64,000 bases of DNA from an uncultured Acidimicrobiia bacterium (GCA_963786955.1 CAWBAT010000006.1:704001-768000); one strand, 5' to 3'; positions 32,543 to 42,719 are shown, numbered from the stretch's first letter. Notes: generated from the sequence alone by a model not told the origin. Numbers and translations: made by a program.

Positions 32543-33136
32543 ATGAGTGGAAAATTTGTTCTGCGCCTGACCGGCTGCCTTTTGATGATCTTTTCTTTCG
32601 CCTGCTCTGCTCCCAAGGAATCTAAGGAGCCCTCCCTCCCTCCAGTGAATAGGGCGGCACCTGAACCCAAACCTGCCGAGATCAAGGTCTATGATATCAG
32701 CAAGGAAGACATCACAAAAATTCCCGATATAACAAGTCGAAATATTTCAGTCGAGGGGGTTAAGTTAGGCGACCGCACTCGGGATGTTGACAAAATCCTG
32801 GGAAATCCCATCAAGACGGAAACACTCCCCGAAGTTTATCGCAGCGCGTACAAGAATCACAGTCTCTACCTCGAATTCGATCGCCACACGGGAAAAGTAA
32901 AAACCATTTATGTGAATAGCCTTTACAAGAATGCCAAAGGAGATCTCGCGGAGTTGCTAGCAAAGGGGAAGCTAGAGCTGCTGAAAAAGATATTTGGCGA
33001 CAACCCTGTTGAAACTCACCCGGAGCCCAAGATTACGATGTTTGAATATCCGGCCAAAGGAATCCAGTTCATTCATCAAGACCAACTGGAAGTAGGCAGC
33101 CACACGTTGAAGCTTGTAGAACCAAAAGGAAATTAG
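32543..33136 (+). CDS. Hypothetical lipoprotein
   Basis: GGAGG RBS, signal peptide ending in lipobox FAC, Pro-rich linker. Confidence 0.65.
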   Translation: MSGKFVLRLTGCLLMIFSFACSAPKESKEPSLPPVNRAAPEPKPAEIKVYDISKEDITKIPDITSRNISVEGVKLGDRTRDVDKILGNPIKTETLPEVYRSAYKNHSLYLEFDRHTGKVKTIYVNSLYKNAKGDLAELLAKGKLELLKKIFGDNPVETHPEPKITMFEYPAKGIQFIHQDQLEVGSHTLKLVEPKGN

Positions 33137-33193
33137 ATTTCGGATTGTGGATTGCCAAAGTCCAAAATGCCGACTGACAAGTGCCAAATGAAG
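33137..33193. repeat. Degenerate heptamer array left of the four-helix-bundle gene
   Basis: ATTTCGG ATTGTGG ATTGCCA AAGTCCA (A) AATGCCG ACTGACA AGTGCCA AATGAAG. Confidence 0.55.
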
Positions 33194-33226
33194 CTTCATA
33201 CGGCCTGCATTTGGTTGAACAAGCAG

Positions 33227-33616
33227 ATGAGTTTTGAAGATCTTAGAAAAAGAACCAAACAGTTAGGTCTTGGGATAATTAGAATGGCAGAAACTTTGCC
33301 AAGAACCTCTACAAGTTTTGTGATCGCGCGTCAACTCATCAGGAGCGGCACTTCCGTTGGTGCAAACTATCGAGCTGCATGCCGCGCCAGATCTCATGCT
33401 GAATTTATTGCAAAACTGGGAATCGTTGAAGAGGAGTGTGATGAATCCCTTTATTGGATGGAAATGCTTGTAGAGTCAGGACTAGTCAATCCCGAAAAAG
33501 TCAAAGAGGTAATGAAAGAAGGCACGGAGATTCTTGCAGTTATCGTTGCCTCTCGAAAGACCGCCAAGTCTCGGGGCCAGGCCCAGAAAAAAAACATTTT
33601 CGTAAGCCTGGTCTAG
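33227..33616 (+). CDS. Four-helix-bundle protein (23S rRNA IVS / S23 / bAvd-like)
   Basis: QLIRSGTSVGANYRAACRARS..FIAKLGIVEEECDESLYWME motif. Confidence 0.9.
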   Translation: MSFEDLRKRTKQLGLGIIRMAETLPRTSTSFVIARQLIRSGTSVGANYRAACRARSHAEFIAKLGIVEEECDESLYWMEMLVESGLVNPEKVKEVMKEGTEILAVIVASRKTAKSRGQAQKKNIFVSLV

Positions 33617-33660
33617 CCCCCTCAGGTTCGTTAAGACAAAGTCAAAAACGCAACACAAGA

Positions 33661-33696
33661 CATTCGGCATTTGGCAATCAGCATTCTGACATTGGC
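33661..33696. repeat. Inverted heptamer array right of the four-helix-bundle gene
   Basis: Reverse complement reads AATGTCAG AATGCTG ATTGCCA AATGCCG AATG. Confidence 0.55.
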
Positions 33697-33708
33697 CCTT
33701 GAGCATTA

Positions 33709-35331
33709 TCAATGGCCATTTCGAACTTGGGAATCGGCGATCGGCAATGCCTTCACCTGGCTGGCCTGTTCTATCGGCCGCGAGAAAAATCCGGGCTGAA
33801 CTTTGGCGACAATCTGGTTGACCGGCTTCTCAATGATCCGGAAAAAAGGCTTGGGATAGATCCCGATCCAAAACGCCATGATGACGAGGGGAAAGAGGGT
33901 TGCAAATTCCCGCAGGTTAATGTCTTTAAGCTTCGCGTTCTTGGGGTTCGTAATCTGCCCAAACATCATGCGCTGATAGAGCCAAAGCATATACGCGGCC
34001 CCGAGCACAATTCCCAAACATCCCCAGGCTCCCCAAAGCATCTTCTTTTGAAATGCTCCCGCTAAAATCGTGAATTCTCCGATAAAGCCATTCAAGAGCG
34101 GCAGTCCAATCGATGACATGGTGATGATCAGGAACAAGGTTGCAAAGACCGGCATCACGTGGGAAAGGCCGCCAAATTCGGAAATCTCCCGCGTATGCCG
34201 GCGTTCATAGATCATTCCGACAATCAAGAAGAGTGCTCCGGTTGAAATGCCGTGGTTGATTTGTTGAATGATGCTGCCATTGATGCCGTTGGGATTGAGC
34301 GCAAATAACCCCAGCATACAAAAGCCTAAATGGCTGACGGAGGAGTAAGCGACCAGTTTCTTGGCATCCTTCTGCATTAGGGCCACCAGGGCTCCATAGA
34401 CGATCCCGACAATGGACAGGAAGACCATCAAATTCAAAATGCCAAATTGATGGTGAATCAACCCAAAAGTGAAATAGGAAAAATTGAGCGAAGAGGTGTC
34501 CTTGACGGCATCCGGAAACATCGGAAGGCTGAAGCGCACGAAACCATACGTTCCCATCTTCAGCAGAACCCCCGCCAGGATCACAGACCCTGCCGTCGGA
34601 GCCTCCACGTGGGCATCCGGCAACCAGGTATGAAAAGGAAACATGGGAACTTTGATGGCAAATCCCACGAAAAAAGCAAAAAACACCCAGAACTGATATT
34701 CCCAGGGTAAGTTCAGCTTTTGGATATCCGGAATGCTGAAGGAGTACGTGCCCGTCACCTTGTAGTTATAGAAATAAAGAGCCAGGATGCCCAGAAGCAT
34801 CAGCAAAGAACCAAACAAGGTATAGAGAAAGAACTTGATGGCTGCATAGAGTTTCCTGGGGCCGCCCCAAACCCCGATGAGGAAGTACATCGGGACGAGC
34901 ATCACTTCCCAGAAGAGGTAAAAGAGGAAAAAGTCGAGCGACATGAAGACCCCAAGCATCCCGGTCTGGAGGAGCAACATGAAGATGTAATACTCCTTCA
35001 CTCGATCCTCGATGGCACTCCAGGAAGACAGGATCGAGAGGAAGCCTAGCCCCGTTGTCAACAGAATCATCAAAAGACTGATGCCATCGATTCCCAGGTG
35101 ATAATCGACGCCGAGTCCGGGAATCCAGGAGTGTCTCTCGACAAATTGAAAGCCTTCCAGGTTTGGATCGAATCTGAGTGCCAAGGGAATCGACACCAGA
35201 AACCCGACGGCGCCCACAATATTGGCAAACCAACGGATGAAGTTTTTTTTCTCTTTATCAAAGAACAGGAGCAATAGCGCTCCAACCAATGGCGTGTAGG
35301 CAACAACGGATAGAAGGTGGTTTTGGAACAT
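33709..35331 (-). CDS. nuoM: NADH-quinone oxidoreductase subunit M
   Basis: FWEVMLVPMY, KVPMFPFHTWLPDAHVEAPTAGS and LVAYSSVSHLGF motifs. Confidence 0.93.
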   Translation of the reverse strand: MFQNHLLSVVAYTPLVGALLLLFFDKEKKNFIRWFANIVGAVGFLVSIPLALRFDPNLEGFQFVERHSWIPGLGVDYHLGIDGISLLMILLTTGLGFLSILSSWSAIEDRVKEYYIFMLLLQTGMLGVFMSLDFFLFYLFWEVMLVPMYFLIGVWGGPRKLYAAIKFFLYTLFGSLLMLLGILALYFYNYKVTGTYSFSIPDIQKLNLPWEYQFWVFFAFFVGFAIKVPMFPFHTWLPDAHVEAPTAGSVILAGVLLKMGTYGFVRFSLPMFPDAVKDTSSLNFSYFTFGLIHHQFGILNLMVFLSIVGIVYGALVALMQKDAKKLVAYSSVSHLGFCMLGLFALNPNGINGSIIQQINHGISTGALFLIVGMIYERRHTREISEFGGLSHVMPVFATLFLIITMSSIGLPLLNGFIGEFTILAGAFQKKMLWGAWGCLGIVLGAAYMLWLYQRMMFGQITNPKNAKLKDINLREFATLFPLVIMAFWIGIYPKPFFRIIEKPVNQIVAKVQPGFFSRPIEQASQVKALPIADSQVRNGH

Positions 35332-35349
35332 GAAGACAATTCCTCCCAG

Positions 35350-37408
35350 CTACCTCAAGAAAAAGTAACTCACGAGCAACACAATTCCCCCAATACTAAA
35401 GGCAAAATAATTTTGAATGATGCCTGTCTGTAAGCGTCGAATGGGATAACTCATGTAGAAAATCAAGTCGGATCGGCGCACGGCAAAATCCACCACCCAA
35501 TAATCGAAGAACCCGGAAACCGAAGCTGTGAGACGGGTCAGCCAGGCAGAACCATTCACACCGCCATCAATCACGCGCAGATCAAATTTGGCCAGGAAGG
35601 TCCCCAGGTCTTTGGTGCGATTCACAATCAACGCATCATAGATTTCATCGACCCAATACTTGTTGAGCAGGGTAAGATAGAGTCCGCGATAGCGGGTCAT
35701 GAGCCGTTCCGGCAACTCCGGATTCTCGACATAGAAGGCACGGGCCAAGAAGGAATCCCACGACGGCTATTCCCAACGCTACCCCCGTCATCCCCCACTC
35801 CATCGCCTCGCTCCCATGCAGCACCTCTTCCCCTAATGACGGTGCAAACACCGGCTCCATAAACCGCTCTAAAACATTCGGCACGTTTCCCAAATAATGC
35901 CCGATCAGCGGCGGAATCCCCAGCCAGCCGGCCACAATCGATCCGATCGCCAGAATCTGTAGCGGTCCCGTCATGCTCCCCGGCGATTCGTGCACATGAT
36001 GCTCCACCTCAGGCGACATCCGCGGCTTCCCGTAGAACGTCAAAATCAGCATCCGAAACATGTAAAACGACGTCATCCCGGCCGCCACTACCGCCACCAG
36101 CCATAACAGCCGGTGTCCGCTCGAAAACGTCCGCCACAAGATCTCATCTTTACTGAAAAATCCCGCCAGTGGCGGAAATCCTGCTATCGCCACCGTCCCC
36201 ACCAGCATCGTCCACCAGGTCGTCCGGATCTTGCTCTTCAACCCGCCCATCTTCCGAATGTCCTGTTCGCCTCCCATGGCATGAATCACACTGCCCGCTC
36301 CCAAAAATAGCAGTGCCTTGAAAAAGGCGTGGGTCATCAAGTGAAAAATGCCCGCCCCGAAGGCTCCCACCCCGCAACCCAGAAACATGTAGCCCAACTG
36401 ACTCACCGTTGAATAGGCCAGCACCTTCTTGATGTCGTTTTGCACCAGCCCGATCGAGGCCGCAAAGATGGCCGTCAACGCTCCCACCACCGCGACCAGT
36501 TCCATGGCCGTCGGAGCCAGCCCAAACAAGGCGTTGCAACGGGCCACCATGTAGACTCCGGCCGTCACCATCGTCGCCGCATGAATCAGGGCACTGACCG
36601 GGGTCGGGCCTTCCATGGCATCCGGCAACCAGACGTAGAGCGGGACCTGGGCGGACTTGCCCATCGCTCCAATAAACAACAGGATGCAGATGGCGGTCAG
36701 GACTGGATCCCCAGTCGCCAATGCGCCGTGGCTTACTTTCGCTTTTGCTGCAGCGAAGACAGTTGTAAAGTCCAGAGATCCAAAGGTAGTGAAAACAAGA
36801 AACATCCCGAGCATGAAACCGTAATCGCCCACCCGGTTGACGATGAATGCCTTCTTCCCGGCATCGGCAGCACTCTTCTTGTGAAAATAGAAACCAATCA
36901 GCAAATACGAACACAACCCCACGCCTTCCCACCCGACAAACATCAGGACGAAGTTATTGGCGAGAACCAAGGTCAGCATGGAGAACATGAACAGGTTCAG
37001 ATAAGCGAAGAAGCGGTAATACCCGCCTTCGTGCGCCATGTAACCGGTTGAGTAGATATGGATGAGAAAACCGATCCCCGTAACTACTAGGATCATGACA
37101 CTTGAGAGAGGATCAAGCTGGAAACCCCAAGACAAGACGAAAGGAGCCAACCCTCCGGAGCGGAGTTCTCCGAGGCCGGCAGAGATCCAGGGAAACAAAT
37201 TGATTTTGATCAGCCGCTCGTGAGCAGGCAATTCGAGGAGCTGACGGACGGCACCCAGTGAGAACAAGAAGGACAAGCCGACTAATCCGCAGGCTACATA
37301 ATTAATAACCTGTTTTGGAAGTCTCTTTCCGAGGACTCCGTTGAGGAATGCACCAGCTGCAGGAAACAGAGGGATTAACCAAATGAGTTCTAAGAAATTC
37401 ATGCCCAT
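35350..37408 (-). CDS. nuoL: NADH-quinone oxidoreductase subunit L (frameshift near 35745)
   Basis: GWEGVGLCSYLLIGF, GKSAQVPLYVWLPDAMEGPTPVSALIHAATMV and HLMTHAFFKA; C-terminal KYWVDEIY..LQTG in piece 35350-35748. Confidence 0.92.
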
Positions 37409-37692
37409 CCTACCCGATCAGTTAAAACAGGCCTCTGGCCTGGAAGCTGGAAAGATGCTGTAACTTTAATCTAAGAATTACGAAACGCAGGATAATTGCT
37501 TTCTGGGGGATGACAGTTGTCAAAAAGTGGGATCTTTGCCACTAACCCATTTTCATCCAAGATGTTATCATTTTGGACCCATACGACTGGGTTTCTAGCA
37601 TAATCAACATTTCAAAGTCAACAAACGAATCGGGAATCCGCCCGATAGAAGATAGCTGAGAAGACGGCCTGCTGTTTCCCCGCCTGGGAGAG

Positions 37693-37812
37693 GAAGGCGT
37701 GAAAAGATCGTAGTAACGACTTCAGTCGTTCCAGAGTTGGGTTGAAAAGAAACGACTAAAGTCGTCACTACAAACACTCAAAAGGCCCTCCCATCAATTT
37801 TTGCATACCTTC
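37693..37812. repeat. A different REP doublet inside the same type of IS-like TIR shell
   Basis: GAAGGCGTGAAAA ... TTTTGCATACCTTC ends; GTAGTAACGACTTCAGTCGTT (37710-37730) and AACGACTAAAGTCGTCACTAC (37751-37771). Confidence 0.65.
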
Positions 37813-38038
37813 ATAGGGGAGGATTGAAAGTGTTCCGCCGGGTCGTGAGACTCGGCCAACAACGTGTTTGCGTCTGGACTAAAGCCCAGAAAAAACTGGA
37901 CAAATGATTCGGGCGGTTGCATTTTATGTTTCTCTTCCAGAATTCAGAGATACTCGAGTGGATTGCGATGCTTACTGGCGCTTTTCTGAACTGAATTCAA
38001 ATGCTTTACCATCTCGCAAAGCGATTGGGAGGCAGTCA

Positions 38039-38449
38039 ATGAAAAGGAACCGAGCTGTAGAGATTAGTTACTGCTTGCTTCGAGTTGTCACGGGGTTGCT
38101 GTTCTTCCAGGTCGGCAGCATGAAACTCTTTGGATGGTTTGGCGGGATGCCAGGCGGGGGCACGGCACGATTGATGTCTCAGGTGGGCATCGGCGGGGTG
38201 CTTGAGGTCTTTGGCGGTATTCTGATCCTGCTCGGCCTCGTGACCAGGCCCGTGGCATTGATACTATCCGGCGAGATGGCTGTCGCGTATTGGCAGTTTC
38301 ACGCTCCGCACGGAGCGTGGCCGATTCTGAACCAAGGGCAGCCTGCAGTCTTGTTTTGTTTCATCTTCCTTTACATGGCGACGCAGGGCGCCGGCGAATG
38401 GAGCCTCGACGCATTGATTCGGCGCAAACGTGTGGCGCTACGAGTCTGA
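38039..38449 (+). CDS. DoxX-family membrane protein
   Basis: LLRVVTGLLFF, GVLEVFGGILILLGLVTR and GAGEWSLD motifs. Confidence 0.85.
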   Translation: MKRNRAVEISYCLLRVVTGLLFFQVGSMKLFGWFGGMPGGGTARLMSQVGIGGVLEVFGGILILLGLVTRPVALILSGEMAVAYWQFHAPHGAWPILNQGQPAVLFCFIFLYMATQGAGEWSLDALIRRKRVALRV

Positions 38450-38536
38450 TTTGCTAAAATACTCTTCATTAACGATTATTGTCGCGACACAACCTATTAA
38501 ATCCTGGGTCACCTATGTGATGAAAAGGAGGGAGGA

Positions 38537-39724
38537 ATGAGTGGAGTCAGAGTGCTGGTGGGGACACGTAAAGGCGCGTTTATCTTGTCATCGGACGGGA
38601 AGCGCAAACAGTGGGAGGTTGCTGGCCCCCACTTTGGGGGCTGGGAGATGTATCACCTCAAGGGTTCGCCTGTTGATCCGAACCGGCTGTATGCATCGCA
38701 GACCAGCGGCTGGTTCGGGCAAATTATCCAGCGCTCGAATGACGGGGGCAAGACGTGGGAGCAACCCGGCTTGAAGCCCGGCGAGTCGGCGACAACCCCG
38801 GAGGGCATGCCGAAAGCCGAGAGTAATAAATTCGTTTACGACGTTTCCCCTGAAAGCGGCAAGCCCCTCACAACTCACCAATGGTATGACGGTACACAAC
38901 ACCCATGGGAATTTAAGCGGGTGTGGCACCTGGAACCCTCGCTGAACGATCCGAACACCGTTTACGCAGGGGTGGAAGATGCCGCCTTATTTCGTTCAAC
39001 GGATGGTGGCCAGAACTGGCAGGAACTTTCCGGACTCCGTGGCCACGGTACAGGCCCCCAATGGCAGCCAGGGGCTGGGGGGTTGGGTCTGCATACGATT
39101 CTCCTGGATCCGAGCAACCCCAAGCGGATTTACATCGCTATCTCGTCGGCAGGCGCCTTTCGGACCGATGACGGTGGCAAAACCTGGCGCCCGATCAACC
39201 GTGGATTGAAATCGCAATACATCCCGGACCCGAATGCCGAGGTAGGCCACTGCGTGCACCGCATGGCGCTGCATCGAGAGCGTCCAAATGTCTTGTTCAT
39301 GCAAAAACACTGGGACGTCATGCGCAGCGACGATGCCGGCGATTCGTGGCGGGAGGTCAGTGGAAACCTGCCGACCGACTTCGGGTTTGTGATCGACGTG
39401 CACGCTCACGAACCGGAAACCATCTACGTCGTTCCCATCAAGAGCGATTCGGAGCATTTTCCCTTGGAAGGAAAGCTCACCGTCTATCGCAGCAAGTCAG
39501 GTGGGAATGAGTGGGAACCCCTCACGAAAGGTCTCCCGCAACGTGATTGCTACGTTAACGTACTGCGCGACGCGATGGCTGTCGATTCGCTCGACAAGTG
39601 CGGCGTGTATTTCGGCACCACCGGCGGGCAAGTCTATGCTTCGGCTGATGCCGGCGACAGTTGGGCACCCATCGTCAGAGATCTTCCGGCTGTACTTTCA
39701 GTGGAGGTTCAAACCCTGCCATGA
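38537..39724 (+). CDS. BNR/Asp-box beta-propeller protein (WD40/YVTN/sialidase-like fold)
   Basis: [10 protein letters not shown] start and repeated S.DGG.TW Asp-boxes; GHCVH and MQKHWDV motifs; no signal peptide. Confidence 0.85.
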   Translation: MSGVRVLVGTRKGAFILSSDGKRKQWEVAGPHFGGWEMYHLKGSPVDPNRLYASQTSGWFGQIIQRSNDGGKTWEQPGLKPGESATTPEGMPKAESNKFVYDVSPESGKPLTTHQWYDGTQHPWEFKRVWHLEPSLNDPNTVYAGVEDAALFRSTDGGQNWQELSGLRGHGTGPQWQPGAGGLGLHTILLDPSNPKRIYIAISSAGAFRTDDGGKTWRPINRGLKSQYIPDPNAEVGHCVHRMALHRERPNVLFMQKHWDVMRSDDAGDSWREVSGNLPTDFGFVIDVHAHEPETIYVVPIKSDSEHFPLEGKLTVYRSKSGGNEWEPLTKGLPQRDCYVNVLRDAMAVDSLDKCGVYFGTTGGQVYASADAGDSWAPIVRDLPAVLSVEVQTLP

Positions 39725-40017
39725 TCCGGGTCGTACTCCCGTTTCATTTGCGGACACTGGCGCGCGTTGAGGGCGAGGTAGAGCTCGATGTTAAGGGACC
39801 GGTCACTCAGAGTTCGGTGCTCGACGCGCTCGAGGCCCGCTATCCGGTACTGCGCGGGACGATCCGGGATCACGTCACCCACAAGCGGCGAGCGTTTGTG
39901 CGGTTCTTCGCCTGCCAGGAGGACCTATCTCATGAACCACCGGACACTCCGCTGCCCGAGGCCGTCGCGACAGGAGCCGAGCCTTACTTGATCATCGGGG
40001 CCATTGCGGGTGGCTAA
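39721..40017 (+). CDS. MoaD/ThiS-family ubiquitin-like protein
   Basis: 98 aa, ends in AIAGG di-glycine; ATGA overlap with the BNR gene stop. Confidence 0.85.
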   Translation: MIRVVLPFHLRTLARVEGEVELDVKGPVTQSSVLDALEARYPVLRGTIRDHVTHKRRAFVRFFACQEDLSHEPPDTPLPEAVATGAEPYLIIGAIAGG

Positions 40018-40026
40018 GTGCTAGCA

Positions 40027-40154
40027 GGTAGCCACGATTGAACGGCGCGTTTGGCCGGTCAATCGTGGATCGTGATGGAATGCAATAACCTGAGCAAACA
40101 ATCTCATAACACAATCCCACGATAGCCGCAAAAAGCGCGTCAATCGTGGCTACC
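40027..40154. repeat. REPIN-like unit left of the RAYT
   Basis: Perfect 15-bp terminal inverted repeat GGTAGCCACGATTGA/TCAATCGTGGCTACC; each arm forms its own hairpin. Confidence 0.85.
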
Positions 40155-40171
40155 AGTGGCAAGATACATCC

Positions 40172-40681
40172 GTGTCCAAGATTCACAGGCTCAAGAACTC
40201 AGAGAAGATTTTTTTCATCACAACCAATTTGAACCTCGGTGAGCGGCCCTTTCACGAACCGGAATACCAAATCATTACAGAAACGATTATCAACACCCGA
40301 CGTCGGCTCGATTTCTTACTTTTTGGCTACGTCCTAATGCCAGATCACTGGCACGCCTTGATTTGGCCCAGATCGCCAGTCACGATATCCGACGTTCTGC
40401 AAAATGTGAAACGGGTCTCATCGTTGAAGATCAACCGCCTGCGACAGGCGCACGGGTCTCGGTGGCAGCATCAGTTTTGGGATCGTTTTGTCCGCCATTC
40501 CAAGGAGTTCGGGGATCGGTTGGAGTATATGCACATGAACCCTCTCCGCAAGGGTCTGATCGAAAAGCCCGAACAGTGGCGGTGGTCCAGTTACAATAAC
40601 TTCTCCCTCGACCATTCTGTTGTGGCCGCTTGCCCGATCCAGATTGACTATGTTCGCCTTCCCGACAATTACCGGGCATGA
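40172..40681 (+). mobile_element. rayT: REP-associated tyrosine transposase (RAYT, Y1 HUH family)
   Basis: FFIT, YVLMPDHWHAL (HUH), WQHQFWD, YMHMNP (catalytic Tyr plus NP) and WRWSSY; flanked by GTAG palindromes. Confidence 0.9.
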
Positions 40682-40691
40682 AATAAAGAAG

Positions 40692-40831
40692 GGTAGACAC
40701 GATTGAACGGCGTGTTGAGCCGGTCAATCGTGGATCGCAAGTGACCGGCATTGGAGTGAAAGCAGCCTAAGCGCACAATCATACAACACAAGCCCACGAT
40801 AGCCGCACAAAGCGCGTCAATCGTGGCTACC
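40692..40831. repeat. REPIN-like unit right of the RAYT (direct copy of the left unit)
   Basis: GGTAGACACGATTGAACGGCG...CCCACGATAGCCGCACAAAGCGCGTCAATCGTGGCTACC. Confidence 0.85.
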
Positions 40832-41000
40832 ACTCCTTATTTTGGAAAATCCCCTTTTGATTCTTGCGTTTGCAGATTGGCTCTACAAATAACAGACATT
40901 TTATACGATAATAGGTTAGCAAAGCCTCTACTTGAACAGAGAGGGGACTTTGTTGACTTATTGACAATTGATACGAAAGAAACAAGAAAGGAGCGTATCC

Positions 41001-41855
41001 ATGATGAACGCTACCCCAAACACCCCGCAGGACAAGATTACCCTTCCGAAGTTAATCGCTCGAAAAACTGAAAAAAGAAAGATCACCTGCCTTACGGCCG
41101 CGGATTATCCTTTCGCCCGACTGATTGACGAAGCAGGAATCGATTTGATCCTGGTGGGCGACTCCCTGGCCATGACCCGTCTAGGCTATTCCACCACCGT
41201 TCCAGTGAGCATGACGGAAATGATTATCCACCTTCAAGCCGTGCGGCGCGCCGTTCAGCGAGCTTTCCTCGTGGCCGATATGCCTTTTGGTTCTTACCAT
41301 GTCGGTCAAAAGGCCGCCATGCAGAATGCTGTCCGGCTGGTCAAAGAAGGAGGAGCTGAAGCCATCAAGCTCGAAGGCGGGCGAAAACGGGCCCGGCTAG
41401 TTCAACGACTGGTTGAAGCGGAGATTCCCGTCATGGGTCACATTGGCCTGACTCCGCAATCCGTCCATGCCATGGGAGGATATAAGGTCCAGGGAAAGAC
41501 CCCGGAACAAGCCCAAGAATTGATTGATGACGCCCTTACCTTGCAAGAGATTGGCGTGTTCTCCATCGTGTTAGAGGGTATTCCTCAGGAATTGGCTAAG
41601 GAGATTACCACCTTGCTGCGTATCCCCACTATCGGCATTGGCGCCGGTCTGCACTGTGACGGGCAGATCCTGGTCACCGAGGACTTGCTGGGCTTGACTT
41701 TCGCAAAGGCCCCTAAGTTCGTCCGGCGTTATGCCAACTTGCAGGAAATTATTCGAGAGGCCTTACACCACTTCTCCGAAGATTGTCGCGAAGAGAACTT
41801 CCCTTCAGCCGCGGAATCTTATTCTCTGGATTCGACAAAAGCCTCGGCCCGTTAA
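41001..41855 (+). CDS. panB: 3-methyl-2-oxobutanoate hydroxymethyltransferase
   Basis: ILVGDSL, VADMPFGSY, KLEGG, MGHIGLTPQ and IGIGAG..DGQILV motifs. Confidence 0.95.
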   Translation: MMNATPNTPQDKITLPKLIARKTEKRKITCLTAADYPFARLIDEAGIDLILVGDSLAMTRLGYSTTVPVSMTEMIIHLQAVRRAVQRAFLVADMPFGSYHVGQKAAMQNAVRLVKEGGAEAIKLEGGRKRARLVQRLVEAEIPVMGHIGLTPQSVHAMGGYKVQGKTPEQAQELIDDALTLQEIGVFSIVLEGIPQELAKEITTLLRIPTIGIGAGLHCDGQILVTEDLLGLTFAKAPKFVRRYANLQEIIREALHHFSEDCREENFPSAAESYSLDSTKASAR

Positions 41856-41864
41856 GAGACCTCC

Positions 41865-42719
41865 ATGGAACTGATCAAGACCATCCATGAATCGCGAGGA
41901 ATCCGAACTCAATGGCAGAATGAGCAGCGCCGTGTTTCGCTAGTGCCGACCATGGGGGCGTTGCATGCCGGCCACTTGAGCTTGGTCCGCAGAGCCCGAG
42001 AATTGTCAGATCGGGTCGTCGTTTCCATTTTCGTCAATCCCACCCAGTTTGGTCCCAACGAAGATTTTGAACGCTACCCGCGATCGTGGGACAAAGACCT
42101 GGATCTCATGAAGGAACATCTGGTCGATGCCGTCTATGCTCCCGAAGTGTCCGAGGTCTATCCCCCCGGTTTCCGCACCTTTGTCACAGTGGAAGAGTTG
42201 AGCCAGAAATTATGCGGTGTCACGCGTCCCGGTCATTTTCGGGGGGTGACGACGATCGTCTGCAAGCTCTTGACAGTCTGGCAGCCTCATCTGGCTCTTT
42301 TTGGTTGGAAAGATGCCCAACAATGTATCTTGATCCAGCGCCTGGTCGAAGACCTCTCCTTGCCCGTTGAGATCGTTCCCTGCCCGATCGTCCGTGAACC
42401 GGATGGCCTAGCGCTGAGTTCGAGAAATAGCTATCTCACTCGGGAGGAGAGATTGGCAGCGACGCGACTTCACCAATCTTTGCAATGGGCTAAGGAAAAA
42501 GTGAAACGAGGAGAAAAGTCTTCACGCCTATTGCTCGATGGCGTCAAGGCCCAACTCCGTGCCGAACCGCTCATCAGACTGGACTATGCAGAGATCGTGA
42601 ATACCCGCGACCTCTCGCCTCTAGAAACCGTTGATTCTTCTGCGCTGTTAGCTCTCGCCGCCTTTTTAGGGAAGACACGGCTCATCGATAACACTCTGTT
42701 GATGAGGGATGCGCCATGA
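41865..42719 (+). CDS. panC: Pantoate--beta-alanine ligase
   Basis: VPTMGALHAGH, SIFVNPTQF, RPGHFRGV, REPDGLALSSRN and RLIDN motifs. Confidence 0.95.
   Translation: MELIKTIHESRGIRTQWQNEQRRVSLVPTMGALHAGHLSLVRRARELSDRVVVSIFVNPTQFGPNEDFERYPRSWDKDLDLMKEHLVDAVYAPEVSEVYPPGFRTFVTVEELSQKLCGVTRPGHFRGVTTIVCKLLTVWQPHLALFGWKDAQQCILIQRLVEDLSLPVEIVPCPIVREPDGLALSSRNSYLTREERLAATRLHQSLQWAKEKVKRGEKSSRLLLDGVKAQLRAEPLIRLDYAEIVNTRDLSPLETVDSSALLALAAFLGKTRLIDNTLLMRDAP

Noticed and set aside
33227-33616. Diversity-generating retroelement (Avd-like gene)
   Set aside because: No reverse transcriptase in the window, and I saw no TR/VR pair with adenine-specific mismatches, including near the FGE-domain gene
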